From the NCBI GenBank assembly GCA_965203515.1, contig OZ241907.1, positions 3,968,001-4,032,000 of the forward strand: 64,000 nt of DNA, in the 5' to 3' direction. Below, piece after piece: positions 42,016-52,331 of this stretch; position 1 is the first letter of the stretch, and each line of letters begins with the position of its first letter. This stretch comes from Spirochaetia bacterium. Lineage in GTDB: Bacteria; Spirochaetota; Spirochaetia; SZUA-6; Bin103. The notes below the pieces were generated by a model that was not told the origin of the DNA, did not search any database, and saw only the letters and a list, made by a program, of their open reading frames with translations. A program made the translations under genes and the position numbers.

Positions 42016-43887
42016 TCAACGCAAGGAGATGCGCACCGCCAAGCCGTCGGTGATCGGCGTACCGGGCGGCGGACTCTGCGCGTGCGCGAAGCCGTTGCCG
42101 ACCAGGCGTACCCGCAACCGGCTGTCGTTCAGCAGCGGCAGCAGGCTGCGCTTGGGCAGGCCCCGGTAGTCGCCGACCGCCGCCGCGTCGAGCGGGAGGG
42201 GCGGCGCCTGCGGCGCGACGGCGCCGTAGTACTGCACGCGCGGCGAATCGGCGGTGGGCAGCGACAGATACGGCACCAGGAACCTGGCGGCCTCCGCGAA
42301 CAGCGGAGCGGCGATCAGGCCGGCCAGTCGGCTGGTCCCGCGCGGGTTGTAGACGGCGACGTAGAAGACCACCTGCGGGTCATCGGTCGGCGCGATCGCC
42401 AGGAACGACGCCATCACCGCGTCATCGGAGTAGGCGCCGGTCCGTTCGTCGAGCAACTCCGCGGTGCCGGTCTTGCCGGATACGCGCAGACCGGGCACGC
42501 GCGCCAGCACCGATGTCCCGCCCGGCTCGGTCGCCCGCTCCATCATGGCCAGCATGGTGCGGGCGACCTCCGGCTTCACGACCTGCCGGATCGGTTCGGG
42601 CGGAAAGTCCTTGATCGCGGCGCCGTCGCCGGCGACCACCCGGCGGACGATCTGTGGCCGCATCATCATCCCGTCGTTGGCGATGGCGGTGGCCGCCCGC
42701 ACGATCTGCACCGCCGACACCGCCACTTCCTGGCCCATCGCCACCGTCGGCTTGGAGCGCAACGACCAGCGGTCGACGTCGTGGAAGATGCCGGCGGTCT
42801 CACCGGTGAAGGGCAGGTCGACCGCGGCGCCGAACCCGAACGAGCTGAGCGCGTCGCGCAGGTCGGCGGCGTCGATCCGATCGGAGGCATAGCCGGTGCC
42901 GGCGTTGCACGAGTACTTGATGATGTCGGCGGTGGTGACCGTGCCGTGCGCGCGCAGATCGGCGATGCGGATGATCCCGCCCGGCGTGCGGGCCGTATAG
43001 TGGCCGTCGCAGTGGAAGGTGTCGTCCGACGTTACGGCTCCGCGCTCCAGCATCGACGCGATGGAAAAGACCTTGAACACCGACCCGGGCTCGTAAGCGA
43101 CCTCCACGGGACGGTTGATGCGGGTCTTCGCGGAGGTTTGATCGAAGGAGTTCGGGTCGTAGCGGGGCGAGGTGACGTAGGCCAGCAGCTCGCCCGTCTT
43201 CGGCGCGATCACCAGGATCGTCACCCAGTCGGCGCGATGCTCGGTACGCGCGCGCACCGCGATCCGTTCGATCGCGTGTTGGACGTTCAGGTCGATGGTC
43301 AGCACCACCCGATGGCCGCGTACCAACCGCTGTCCCGGCTGGACGACCGCCGGCGACAGGACGTGGTTGAAGGTGTTCTCGATCCCGGCCAGTCCGATGT
43401 TGTCCACCCCCACGAAGCCGAGCACGTGACTGGCCAGCTCCTGTTCCGGATAGGTGCGCCCGAACTCCGGGTTCAGCGATACGCCGCGCAGCTCGCCCGC
43501 CTGCATGCGCTCCCGCAGGCGCGCCGATTGCGTGGGCGATATCTTGCGCTGGAGAAGGGCGTAGTGGGAGCCGCTGCGCAGCCGGTCTTCCAGACGGGAA
43601 CGGTCGAGCCCCAGCACGTCGGCCAGCGTCGCGGCGGTGCCTGTCGGATCGGTCACGTGCGGCTTCCACACGGCCACCGAATCGAGCCGCGTGGCGATCG
43701 CCAGCAGGCGCCCGTTGCGGTCCAGGATCGGTCCGCGCTCGACCTCCGCTACCTGCACGGCGGAGCGTGGATCGGGCATGGGCTGCACGGCCATCAGCCA
43801 GACGAACCGCAGCGCGATCGCCGCGGCGAAGACGCCCAGGCCGATGATAACCGTCCACATGCGGTAGCGTTCGCGCGCTTCCAACAT
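42016..43887 (-). CDS. ftsI: class B penicillin-binding protein (FtsI-like)
   Basis: RGPILDRNG, SxxK (PGSVFK), SxN (YSCN), KTG (GKTGTAE). Confidence 0.88.
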   Translation of the reverse strand: MLEARERYRMWTVIIGLGVFAAAIALRFVWLMAVQPMPDPRSAVQVAEVERGPILDRNGRLLAIATRLDSVAVWKPHVTDPTGTAATLADVLGLDRSRLEDRLRSGSHYALLQRKISPTQSARLRERMQAGELRGVSLNPEFGRTYPEQELASHVLGFVGVDNIGLAGIENTFNHVLSPAVVQPGQRLVRGHRVVLTIDLNVQHAIERIAVRARTEHRADWVTILVIAPKTGELLAYVTSPRYDPNSFDQTSAKTRINRPVEVAYEPGSVFKVFSIASMLERGAVTSDDTFHCDGHYTARTPGGIIRIADLRAHGTVTTADIIKYSCNAGTGYASDRIDAADLRDALSSFGFGAAVDLPFTGETAGIFHDVDRWSLRSKPTVAMGQEVAVSAVQIVRAATAIANDGMMMRPQIVRRVVAGDGAAIKDFPPEPIRQVVKPEVARTMLAMMERATEPGGTSVLARVPGLRVSGKTGTAELLDERTGAYSDDAVMASFLAIAPTDDPQVVFYVAVYNPRGTSRLAGLIAAPLFAEAARFLVPYLSLPTADSPRVQYYGAVAPQAPPLPLDAAAVGDYRGLPKRSLLPLLNDSRLRVRLVGNGFAHAQSPPPGTPITDGLAVRISLR

Positions 43888-43918
43888 CGTGCAGTCAGAT
43901 CCCCCGTAAAGGTAACAG

Positions 43919-45196
43919 ATGACCTCGGTTCTGTCGATAAAGATGACGATGGTAGGTGCACTGCACAGACAGAGGGTCGCCGCCCGCGGTCCGGCTCGCG
44001 GCGCCTTCGCCGGCCTCCGCCCGCGCAAGGCGCGGGCCGACCGATCTCGTGCACGCAAGGCTCAGTCTCCAAGACCTCGTCCGCGCACGGCGCGAGTCGA
44101 TCGGCGCCGGGTGCGCGCGGCGCCGGTCGTCTCGCCGATCGGTTCCAGGCCCGGCGGCGAAGCGCCGTACGCGTTGCTCTCCCTGGAGCGGGCGACCCGG
44201 GGCGGAAAGGCGCGCGGCGCGCCGCCGTACGTGCGGCTGTGGCGCCGGATGCGCAGCCTGCCGCGCCCCGCCGCGATCGGTGCGCTGGCCGCGGCCGTGA
44301 TCGCGGCGGTGGTGCCCGCCGGACTGGTGGTCGCTGCGGCGCGACCCTCGCAGCCGCCGCAGCCGGCCGCGCACGACCAGGCCCACACCGCCTTCCGGCA
44401 GGAGGCGGCCGTGGTCGGCGCCTCGGCGTCTCTCGCGGGCGCTCAGGACTCCGCAGAGCCGGCACCGGTTCCGGATCTGGCGATGCGCTCGTATCAGGTA
44501 CAGGCCGGCGACTCGCTTTCGGAGATAGCGCACCGTTTCGACGTCGATCTCGATACGCTGATCAGCTTCAACGGCATCCGCGACGTGGCAGAGCTGCGGG
44601 AAGGCGTCGAGCTGTCGATCCCGAATGCGTCGGGCTTGTCCTACCTGGTGCGCCCGGGCGACACGCTGAGCGGCATCGCCGACCGTCACGGAGTACGGGC
44701 CGACGAGCTGCGGGCCTGGAACGAGCTGGAATCGACCGCGCTGGCCGTCGGTCGAAGGTTGTTCATTCCGGGCGTGCCGCTGCCCGAGCAGGAACGGAAC
44801 GCCGTGCTCGGCCGGCTGTTCCTCAAGCCGGCGCCCGGCAGCATCGCCACTCCCTACGGCTACCAGGCCGATCCGGTTACCGGCATACGCCGCTTCCATG
44901 ACGGCATCGACATCGAGCACGCCGCCAGCACGCCGATCATCGCCTCCATGGCCGGCCGCGTCGGTCGCGTGGGGGTGAGCGGCGCCTACGGCCGGTACGT
45001 GGTCCTGGTACACGCCGACGGCTATCAGACGCTCTATGCGCAGCTGGCGCGCGCGCACGTAACGGCCGGCAGCTTCGTCGCCCAGGGCCAGACGATCGGC
45101 GCGATGGGGACCTCCGGCTACGGCGTCGGCAGTCACCTCCATTTTTCGATCTTCAAAGACGGACAGCCGGTTGACCCGAGCCGCTATATGCACTAA
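43919..45196 (+). CDS. LysM(x2)-M23 metallopeptidase; start uncertain
   Basis: YQVQAGDSLSEIA, YLVRPGDTLSGIA, HDGID, HLHF. Confidence 0.88.
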   Translation: MTSVLSIKMTMVGALHRQRVAARGPARGAFAGLRPRKARADRSRARKAQSPRPRPRTARVDRRRVRAAPVVSPIGSRPGGEAPYALLSLERATRGGKARGAPPYVRLWRRMRSLPRPAAIGALAAAVIAAVVPAGLVVAAARPSQPPQPAAHDQAHTAFRQEAAVVGASASLAGAQDSAEPAPVPDLAMRSYQVQAGDSLSEIAHRFDVDLDTLISFNGIRDVAELREGVELSIPNASGLSYLVRPGDTLSGIADRHGVRADELRAWNELESTALAVGRRLFIPGVPLPEQERNAVLGRLFLKPAPGSIATPYGYQADPVTGIRRFHDGIDIEHAASTPIIASMAGRVGRVGVSGAYGRYVVLVHADGYQTLYAQLARAHVTAGSFVAQGQTIGAMGTSGYGVGSHLHFSIFKDGQPVDPSRYMH

Positions 45197-45208
45197 TGAT
45201 CGTCGTTC

Positions 45209-46171
45209 GTGGAAAGGCACGCTGATCGAATCCTGCCGATCGGAATCGTCATCCTCGCGGCGATCCTGATCGCCGCGCAGTCCGGAGGACTCTACCTGAC
45301 GAAGGTCGCCACGTTGGAGCGCGACTACCTGCATCTACCGGAGCGATGGTTCGACGTCCTGCACGAGCCGCGGGCCGTCCCGGCGGCCGTCCTTCCCGCC
45401 GGCGGCGCGGCGTCGGCGGCTTGGCCGCTGCCGATCGCCACGATGCGCTACGCCGCGCAGCCCGGCGACAATCTGTGGACTGTCAAGGCGCGGTTCGCGC
45501 TGACGCTGGACACGCTGTCCAGCCTCAATCGCGACGGCGGCTCGCGCGTGCATGACGTGGATATCGGCGAAGTATTGTCGATTCCGAATCAGAACGGCCT
45601 CTTTATCGAGGTCGAAGGCCGCGATCATCTGGACACCAAGGCCGCGGATCATGGCCTGTCCGGCAGCGACGTACTGGCCGCAAATCCCGGCGCCGACGCG
45701 CGGTCGGTGAGCGGACCGCTGTTCTTTCCGGGAGCGCAGCACTCCGGCTATGAGCGCCGATTGGCGATGGGATTGGGGTTCCTGCGACCGCTGCACGGCG
45801 GTTGGGTGACCTCCGGATTCGGCATGCGCACCGATCCCTTCAGCGGGCGGTGGCGTATGCACCGCGGCATCGACATCGCCGCGCCGACCGGAACGCGGGT
45901 GGTCGCCACCGCCGACGCGGTCGTGGAGCGGGTCGATTACAACTCGGTATTCGGACACTACGTGGTTCTCGACCATATCGGCGGGCGTCACCAGTCGCTG
46001 TACGCGCACCTGTCGGCCGTGAGCGTCCGGGCAGGGCAACGGGTGGCGGGGGCAAACACCGTCGGCCGCGTCGGGTCGACCGGCATGTCGACCGGCCCGC
46101 ACCTCCATTTCGAGCTCTGGAGCCTGCGGCAGCCGATCAATCCCGCCGCCGAGATACGCGGGCTGCGGTAG
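45209..46171 (+). CDS. LysM-M23 metallopeptidase
   Basis: QPGDNLW, TSGFGMRTDP, HRGIDIAAP, YAHL, GSTGMSTGPHLHFE. Confidence 0.9.
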   Translation: MERHADRILPIGIVILAAILIAAQSGGLYLTKVATLERDYLHLPERWFDVLHEPRAVPAAVLPAGGAASAAWPLPIATMRYAAQPGDNLWTVKARFALTLDTLSSLNRDGGSRVHDVDIGEVLSIPNQNGLFIEVEGRDHLDTKAADHGLSGSDVLAANPGADARSVSGPLFFPGAQHSGYERRLAMGLGFLRPLHGGWVTSGFGMRTDPFSGRWRMHRGIDIAAPTGTRVVATADAVVERVDYNSVFGHYVVLDHIGGRHQSLYAHLSAVSVRAGQRVAGANTVGRVGSTGMSTGPHLHFELWSLRQPINPAAEIRGLR

Positions 46172-46199
46172 CGGCTGCGGCGCGGAAAGACCTGGACGC

Positions 46200-48569
46200 T
46201 TGCTGCGCGCTTCGCTGGCCGATTCCCTGGCCGCGCGCGGCGCGGCGTTCGCGCTCATCGCGTTCGTGGCGGTGGGCGCCGTCATCCTCGACGACTACGG
46301 CGTGTCGTGGGATGAGCAGTGGTTTCGCATCATCGGCCGGGCGGTGGTCGACTACGTGCTGGGAGACGGCGAACTGCGGACCGATCACAACCGGTACTAC
46401 GGAGTCGCGATCGAAGCGCCGCTGGTCCTGCTCGAGCGGCTGCTGAACGACAGCCGCGCCATCTATCTCAGCCGCCACGTGGCGTCGCATCTGTTCTTCC
46501 TGACCGGCGGCTTCTTCTGCTGGCTGCTGGCGCGCCGCCTGTTCGGCGACCGCCGGCTGGCGCTGTTCGCCCTGCTGCTGTTCCTGCTCCATCCCCGCCT
46601 GTACGCGCACTCCTTCTTCAACAGCCGGGACATCCCCTTCCTGACCCTGTTCATGGTCGCGCTCTACCTGCTGCAGCGCGCCTTCCGCCGCGACACCGCC
46701 GGCGCGTTCGCGCTCTGCGGGCTGAGCGTCGGCCTGCTGGTCAGCCTGCGCATCATGGGGGTCATGCTGTTCGCCGCGGTCGCGGCGTTGCGGGCGCTCG
46801 ACCTGCTGCAGGCGCGCGGGCCGGCGGAACGGCGGCGCGTGCTGGCCGCCGCCGGCGCGTTCGCGCTGGCCGCCGCGGCCACCCTGTACGCCGTCTCTCC
46901 CTATCTCTGGCGCGACCCGTTGGCGATCGGCGACGCGGTCGCCACGCTGGTCCGGCATCCTTCCCACATCATCACCCTCTTTCAGGGTGAACCGGTCCGC
47001 TGGCCGTGGATACCGCCCCACTACCTGCCGACCTGGATGGCGATCACCACCCCGCCGGCCACGCTGCTGCTGTGCCTGATCGGCGCTGCGGCGGTGATCG
47101 GTCACGGCGCCGCGCATCCCCGTGAGCTGATCCGCAATACCGAGGCGCGGTTCCTGTTCCTGCTGCTCGCCTGCCTGCTGCTGCCGGTCGCGGCCGTCAT
47201 GGCGCTGCGTTCCAACCTCTACAACGGTTGGCGGCACATGTACTTCCTGTACGCCCCGCTGTGCCTGCTGGCGGTCTACGGCCTGCGCCGGCTGCTGGCC
47301 GCCGCGCCCCGCCCGTGGCTGCGGCGCGGCCTCTACGCACTGGCCGCGGCGGCGCTGGCCGGCATGGCGGTCGACATCGCGCGCCTGCATCCCCATCAAC
47401 AGGCATACTTCAACTTCCTGGTCGACCGTCGCACCCCGGAGCGCCTGAACACCCGCTATCAGGTGATGTATTGGGGCACCGAGTACCGGGAAGGGCTCGA
47501 ATATCTGCTCGATCGCTATCCCGATGAGCCGCTCTACGTCGACCGGACCTTCGTCGGGAGCCGCAACGTGCACCGCAATGCGTCGATCCTGCCCGCCGCC
47601 GAGCGGCGCCGGATCGTCATCGCCGACGAATCGGGACGGGCGGCCGACTTCTTCTTCGCCACCAATTACCGCCACTTCGGACGCGCGGAACCGCCGTTCG
47701 GACCGGTCCTCTACGCGCGCCGCATCTACCACAACACCGTGCTCGCGGTCACCGCGGTCGATCTGTCCCGGGTCGACCAAGCCACCGCCGACCGCTATCG
47801 CCAAGCGTACCGCGCGACGGTGGCCGGGGAGCCGCTCTTCCGCTCGGAGTTCGACCTCTACCTCGACGGCCGCACGCTGACCTACGTCAAGGAGTCGTGT
47901 CGCCCGCAGGATACCGTGCATCCGTTCCGGCTGCTGGCCGCTCCCGTCGCGGTCGATGACCTTCCCCGCATCCGCCGCGACGGCGGCTGGGACCCGCTCA
48001 CCTTCCGGTTCGGCCACTACGGGGTGCGCATCGACGGGCGGTGTATGATACGGCGCATCTTGCCGGACTACCCGATCCGGGCGCTCGAAATCGGCCGGCT
48101 GGTCCCCGGCGCAGGCGCCCTGATCGAAGCTACCATCGACCTTGCCGCCGCGGAATCGTCCGTGAGCCGCTATTGGCAGGCGCATGAGGCGATCGCCGCC
48201 GGGGTTCGGGGCGAGCCGGCGGCCCGCGCGGCCTTCGACCTCTATCTCGATGGAGGCGTGCTGACCTACCACAAGGAGCCGTGCGTAGCGGAGGACGTGT
48301 GGGCGCGGTTCTTCCTCCACGTGTTTCCGTCGGACGCCGCGGAGCTGTCCCCGCAGGGCGGCGCGCACGGCTTCGACAACCTGGACTTCGCCTACGCCGA
48401 GCACGGCGTGCTGCTGGGGGGAGCGTGCGTGGCGCAGGCGCCGTTGCCGGACTACGCGATCGCCCGCGTCCGCACCGGCCAGTTCATCAGCGGGCAGGGC
48501 CAGCTCTGGAGGGCGGAGTTCCCGGTGCCGGCGCCGGGGTCGGGGCCGGGAGCCGTGAGCCGGCGGTGA
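46200..48569 (+). CDS. GT-C (ArnT/PMT-like) membrane glycosyltransferase with two C-terminal repeat domains
   Basis: DYGVSWDE after TM1, HPRLYAHSFFNSRDIPF, LYNGWRHMYFLY, many TMs; C-terminal FDLYLDG..C..FFLH..GFDNLDF..C..LPDY..RTGQ repeats. Confidence 0.8.
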   Translation: MLRASLADSLAARGAAFALIAFVAVGAVILDDYGVSWDEQWFRIIGRAVVDYVLGDGELRTDHNRYYGVAIEAPLVLLERLLNDSRAIYLSRHVASHLFFLTGGFFCWLLARRLFGDRRLALFALLLFLLHPRLYAHSFFNSRDIPFLTLFMVALYLLQRAFRRDTAGAFALCGLSVGLLVSLRIMGVMLFAAVAALRALDLLQARGPAERRRVLAAAGAFALAAAATLYAVSPYLWRDPLAIGDAVATLVRHPSHIITLFQGEPVRWPWIPPHYLPTWMAITTPPATLLLCLIGAAAVIGHGAAHPRELIRNTEARFLFLLLACLLLPVAAVMALRSNLYNGWRHMYFLYAPLCLLAVYGLRRLLAAAPRPWLRRGLYALAAAALAGMAVDIARLHPHQQAYFNFLVDRRTPERLNTRYQVMYWGTEYREGLEYLLDRYPDEPLYVDRTFVGSRNVHRNASILPAAERRRIVIADESGRAADFFFATNYRHFGRAEPPFGPVLYARRIYHNTVLAVTAVDLSRVDQATADRYRQAYRATVAGEPLFRSEFDLYLDGRTLTYVKESCRPQDTVHPFRLLAAPVAVDDLPRIRRDGGWDPLTFRFGHYGVRIDGRCMIRRILPDYPIRALEIGRLVPGAGALIEATIDLAAAESSVSRYWQAHEAIAAGVRGEPAARAAFDLYLDGGVLTYHKEPCVAEDVWARFFLHVFPSDAAELSPQGGAHGFDNLDFAYAEHGVLLGGACVAQAPLPDYAIARVRTGQFISGQGQLWRAEFPVPAPGSGPGAVSRR

Positions 48570-50116
48570 AGCGACGGTCATCTCCCAAGCCGGCGCAGGT
48601 GCGCTATAACGACTGGCGGCAGGTGGCGCTGCCGCCGCCGGAAGAGTTCACCCCCGCGCTGCCGGTCAGCGTGATCATGCCCTGCTATCAGACGCCCCCG
48701 GCGGTGCTGGCGCGGACCCTGGCGGCGCTGGCGGGGCAGACCTGGCCGCGCGACCTGTTCGAGGTGGTGATCGTCGACGACGGTTCCGAGCCGCCGCTGG
48801 CCCCGCCTCCGGGAGCGCCGCCGAACGTCCGGGTGGTGCGCCAGGAGCGCCGCGGGTTCGGGATCGCGCGCGCGCGCAACACCGGCGTGCGGGCGGCCGC
48901 GCACGGCATCATCCTGTTCCTGGACGGCGATTCGCTGCCGGAAGCGGGTTGGCTGGCGGCGCACGCCCGCTGGCATCACGCCGTGTCCGACGTGGTGACC
49001 GTGGGTTTCCGCGCCAGCGTCGCGATGGAGGACCTGGAGGCGGAGGCGATCCGGGGCCGGCCCGGAACCCTGCGCGAGCTGTTCGCGGACCGCCCGGTCG
49101 ACGCCCCCTGGATCGACGGCCACCTGCTGCGCATGGCCGACATGACGACGCGCGCGGCCGACCTGTTCCACGTGGTGGTCGGGGGGAACTTCGGGATCGG
49201 CCGGGAGTTCTACCGGGCGACAGGCGGCAGCGACGAATCGTTCATGCGCTGGGGCATCGAGGATACCGAACTCGCCTACCGCGCCTACACCCGCGGCGGG
49301 CTGTTCGTGCCGGTCCGGTCCGCGCTGGTCTGGCATCAGGGGCGCGAGGCCGAAGGCAGGGAGGCGAAGGAGCGGAGTCTTCGGCTGCAGATGGGCAAGG
49401 CGGCCAACCTGATCCCCCACCCCCGCTACCGCAGCGCGGCGCGCGGGCGCATCTACGCGGTGCCGCGCTACGTGGCGACCGTCGAGGCCGGCCGCAGCGC
49501 GGCCGAACAGGTGGCCGAGGCGGTCGTGAACCTGCTTACCGACCGCGCGCATGATCTGGTGGTGCGCATCGAAATCGACGGGAAGCACGACGCGGCGGGA
49601 CTGGCATGGCTCCGGGAAGTATTCGGCCCGGACCCGCGGGTCCGTATCGCGCCGGCCCGCTCCGCCCTGGACCAATTCCCGGCGGCGCCGTTCCACGTCC
49701 GGCTGCCGGCCACGGCGGCGGCGAAGAACCTGGTGCACGCTCTGCATTACCACCTACGGGGCGCGGTCCTCGCCACCTCGCTGCTGCCGGACGGAACGAG
49801 CGTGTCGATCGCCCGCACGTGGGCGCTGCAGCGGGCGCGGCGCGCGGGCGGGAACCTCGCGGACTTCGGCGACGTACGGGAGCTGGCGCCCGCGAAGTTG
49901 AAGCTGAAGCCGGCGCCGGCGCCGGGAACGGCGCGCGCGGCGGCGCGGAACGCCGCGGGCCTGCTCGCCGGATGGCGTTCCCTGCGCGCCCGAGCGCGGG
50001 ACGTCTACGATCTCCGGGAGGCGTGGTGGTTCGTCCGCTGGGTGGCGTGGTCGTGCCGGCGGCGGCTGCTGCGCAGGACCGGGACCTCATCGACATCCCG
50101 GACCGGCGGCTCTTGA
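48566..50116 (+). CDS. glycosyltransferase family 2
   Basis: VSVIMPCY, EVVIVDDGS, ARARNTG, FLDGD, WGIEDTEL. Confidence 0.88.
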   Translation: MKRRSSPKPAQVRYNDWRQVALPPPEEFTPALPVSVIMPCYQTPPAVLARTLAALAGQTWPRDLFEVVIVDDGSEPPLAPPPGAPPNVRVVRQERRGFGIARARNTGVRAAAHGIILFLDGDSLPEAGWLAAHARWHHAVSDVVTVGFRASVAMEDLEAEAIRGRPGTLRELFADRPVDAPWIDGHLLRMADMTTRAADLFHVVVGGNFGIGREFYRATGGSDESFMRWGIEDTELAYRAYTRGGLFVPVRSALVWHQGREAEGREAKERSLRLQMGKAANLIPHPRYRSAARGRIYAVPRYVATVEAGRSAAEQVAEAVVNLLTDRAHDLVVRIEIDGKHDAAGLAWLREVFGPDPRVRIAPARSALDQFPAAPFHVRLPATAAAKNLVHALHYHLRGAVLATSLLPDGTSVSIARTWALQRARRAGGNLADFGDVRELAPAKLKLKPAPAPGTARAAARNAAGLLAGWRSLRARARDVYDLREAWWFVRWVAWSCRRRLLRRTGTSSTSRTGGS

Positions 50117-50190
50117 GCCTCCCGCCGGCTGCCGACGCGCCAAGCTGCAAACACGCTCGAAACGCTCGGCGTAATCGAGAGGGTTCACTG

Positions 50191-51459
50191 TTGCAGAGGC
50201 TCAACCGGAATCTGTGGCGGGCGGTCAACAAGCGCCGGACGGTCTGGTGGGTCCTGCGCTCGTGGCGCCGCGCGATGCCGGCCGGATCGATGGGTCGGAG
50301 CGGCGCTGCGAGCATCGACCCGCTGCCCGGCGAGTCGGCGCCCGCCTTCGATCTGCGGAGGTACAACCCCATCCACTGGCCGCGGCATGCCGGCGGCCGG
50401 GTGGCGGCGCTGGGGCCGCTCGATCGGCTGCCGCCGGGGGTGGGGGCGGATCGATCCGTTCGGCGGCGCGACCCGTTGCTGCTGCGCCGGTACCATCACG
50501 TGGAGGACGCGCGGGCGTTCCACTCCGGCGCGGTCACGCGCGCCGGCGACTTGGCCCGTCTGGCCGCCGCCGGCGTGGTCGTGCACGTGGCGGACGCCGA
50601 CCCGCGGCTGCGGGCACTGCTCGGCGGCGAGCTCCATCGGCTCATGACCGCCGACGCGGCCCCCCTCGACGCCGGCGCGCGCGAGTTGCACAGCATCAGA
50701 ATGCGGCGTGCGGCCCTGCGGAACCACTCTTCGTGGGCGCGCGACACCGCGAATCTGCCGCTGGTGTCGGTCCTGCTGGCGACGCGGCGTCCGGCGTTGC
50801 TGCCGCGGGCGCTCGCCGCGGTGGCGGGGCAGAGTTATCCGCGGCTGGAGCTGGTGCTGGCGCTCCACGGGAACGAAAGCGCCTTCGCGACGGTAGAGCG
50901 GCTCGTCGCCGAGCTGCCGCTTGCGGGCACGGTCGTGCGGGCGCCGAGCAGCGCTTCCCTCGGCGCGGCGCTGAACGCCTCGGTCGAGGCGTCCGGCGGG
51001 GAGCTGCTGACCAAGATGGACGACGATGACCGGTACGGCGCCGACCATGTGTGGGACCTGGTGCTCGCGCGGGCGTACTCGCGCGCGCAGCTGGTCGGCA
51101 AGGGAGCGGAGTTCGTGTATCTCGCCGCGTCGCACCGGACGGTATACGCCGAACGTTGGCGCCCCGAATCCTATGGGTCCCGGGGCCTGGCGGGGGGCAC
51201 GCTGCTGATCTCGCGGCGCGACCTGCAGCGGGTCGGCGGCTGGCGGAATGCCCGGCGCGGCGTCGATCAGGCGCTGATCGACGCCGTCCTGCGTACCGGC
51301 GGCGGCGTGTACCGGACCCACGGCGCGGGGTTCGCCCTCGTTCGGCACGGCGACCGCCACACGTGGGCCGTGAGTGACGACTGGTTCCTGGCCAGAGCGG
51401 ACCGCATCATTCCCGGTTGGGCCGCCGCCGCGGTCGACATCGTCGAACACGACGCATGA
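50191..51459 (+). CDS. glycosyltransferase family 2-like protein; start inferred
   Basis: PLVSVLLATRRP, QSYPRLELVL, LGAALN, KMDDDDRY. Confidence 0.8.
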   Translation: MQRLNRNLWRAVNKRRTVWWVLRSWRRAMPAGSMGRSGAASIDPLPGESAPAFDLRRYNPIHWPRHAGGRVAALGPLDRLPPGVGADRSVRRRDPLLLRRYHHVEDARAFHSGAVTRAGDLARLAAAGVVVHVADADPRLRALLGGELHRLMTADAAPLDAGARELHSIRMRRAALRNHSSWARDTANLPLVSVLLATRRPALLPRALAAVAGQSYPRLELVLALHGNESAFATVERLVAELPLAGTVVRAPSSASLGAALNASVEASGGELLTKMDDDDRYGADHVWDLVLARAYSRAQLVGKGAEFVYLAASHRTVYAERWRPESYGSRGLAGGTLLISRRDLQRVGGWRNARRGVDQALIDAVLRTGGGVYRTHGAGFALVRHGDRHTWAVSDDWFLARADRIIPGWAAAAVDIVEHDA

Positions 51460-52292
51460 CCGCGCCGCCGATACTGCGCCGCTGCCGGCAGGCGCTCACG
51501 ATCGCCGCGAAGCCGGACCTGGTCCGGGAGCTGGCCGGCGCCGCGCTGCGCGGGCGGCTCGCTGCGGCGGCGCGCATGGCGGTCACCGCGGCCCGTTCTC
51601 CCGACCTGGGGGCCGAAAAGATCATCTCCCGAAAATATCGCTATATCTGGCTGTGCGTGCCCAAGGCCGCGTCGCGCAGCATCATGGCGGCGCTGCAAGG
51701 CATCACCCCGGACGACGAGATATTCACCGGAACGAGCGCGGCCGAGCTGTTCGCGCAACGGCCCGAAGCGCGCGACTATTACAGCTTCGCCTTCGTCAGA
51801 AATCCGTACACCCGGGCGCTCTCCTTCTACGCCGACCTGCACTTCGCGCACCTCCGCTATTCCGGCGCCGCGGCGCGCCGGCGCAAGAAGGAGCGCAGCG
51901 CCCGCTTCTTCAAGCGCTTCTACGGGCTGGCCGAGACCGGCGATTTCGACGACTTCTGCCGCTGGCTGAACACGCCCTGGGCTTCGGACGCGGTCGCCGA
52001 CCGCCACTTTCTGTCGCAATACCTGCAGATTCGCCTCGACGGCGGGCGCCGGCCCGACTTCGTCGGCCGCTTCGAGAACCTCGACGCCGACTTCCGCCGC
52101 GTCGCCGAGCGGCTCGGCCTGCCGGCGCCGGCGCTGCCCCTGCTGCACACCATGGCCGGCTGGCGCACCACGCCGGCGGCCCTGCAGGCGGCCAGAGCCG
52201 CCATGAGCGCTCAGCTTACCGAGCGCAACAAGGCGTTGCTCCGCGCACGGTACGCGCGCGACTTCGAGCTCGAAGACCATGCTTCGGCATGA
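51456..52292 (+). CDS. PAPS-dependent carbohydrate sulfotransferase (Sulfotransfer_2-like)
   Basis: VPKAASRS (5'-PSB), FAFVRNPYTRALSFY (3'-PB), HFLSQ, DFVGRFENL, YARDFE. Confidence 0.85.
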   Translation: MTAPPILRRCRQALTIAAKPDLVRELAGAALRGRLAAAARMAVTAARSPDLGAEKIISRKYRYIWLCVPKAASRSIMAALQGITPDDEIFTGTSAAELFAQRPEARDYYSFAFVRNPYTRALSFYADLHFAHLRYSGAAARRRKKERSARFFKRFYGLAETGDFDDFCRWLNTPWASDAVADRHFLSQYLQIRLDGGRRPDFVGRFENLDADFRRVAERLGLPAPALPLLHTMAGWRTTPAALQAARAAMSAQLTERNKALLRARYARDFELEDHASA

Positions 52293-52331
52293 CCGGCCGG
52301 CCGCCTGCCGGCCTGCCGGCCGGCTGTCCGG

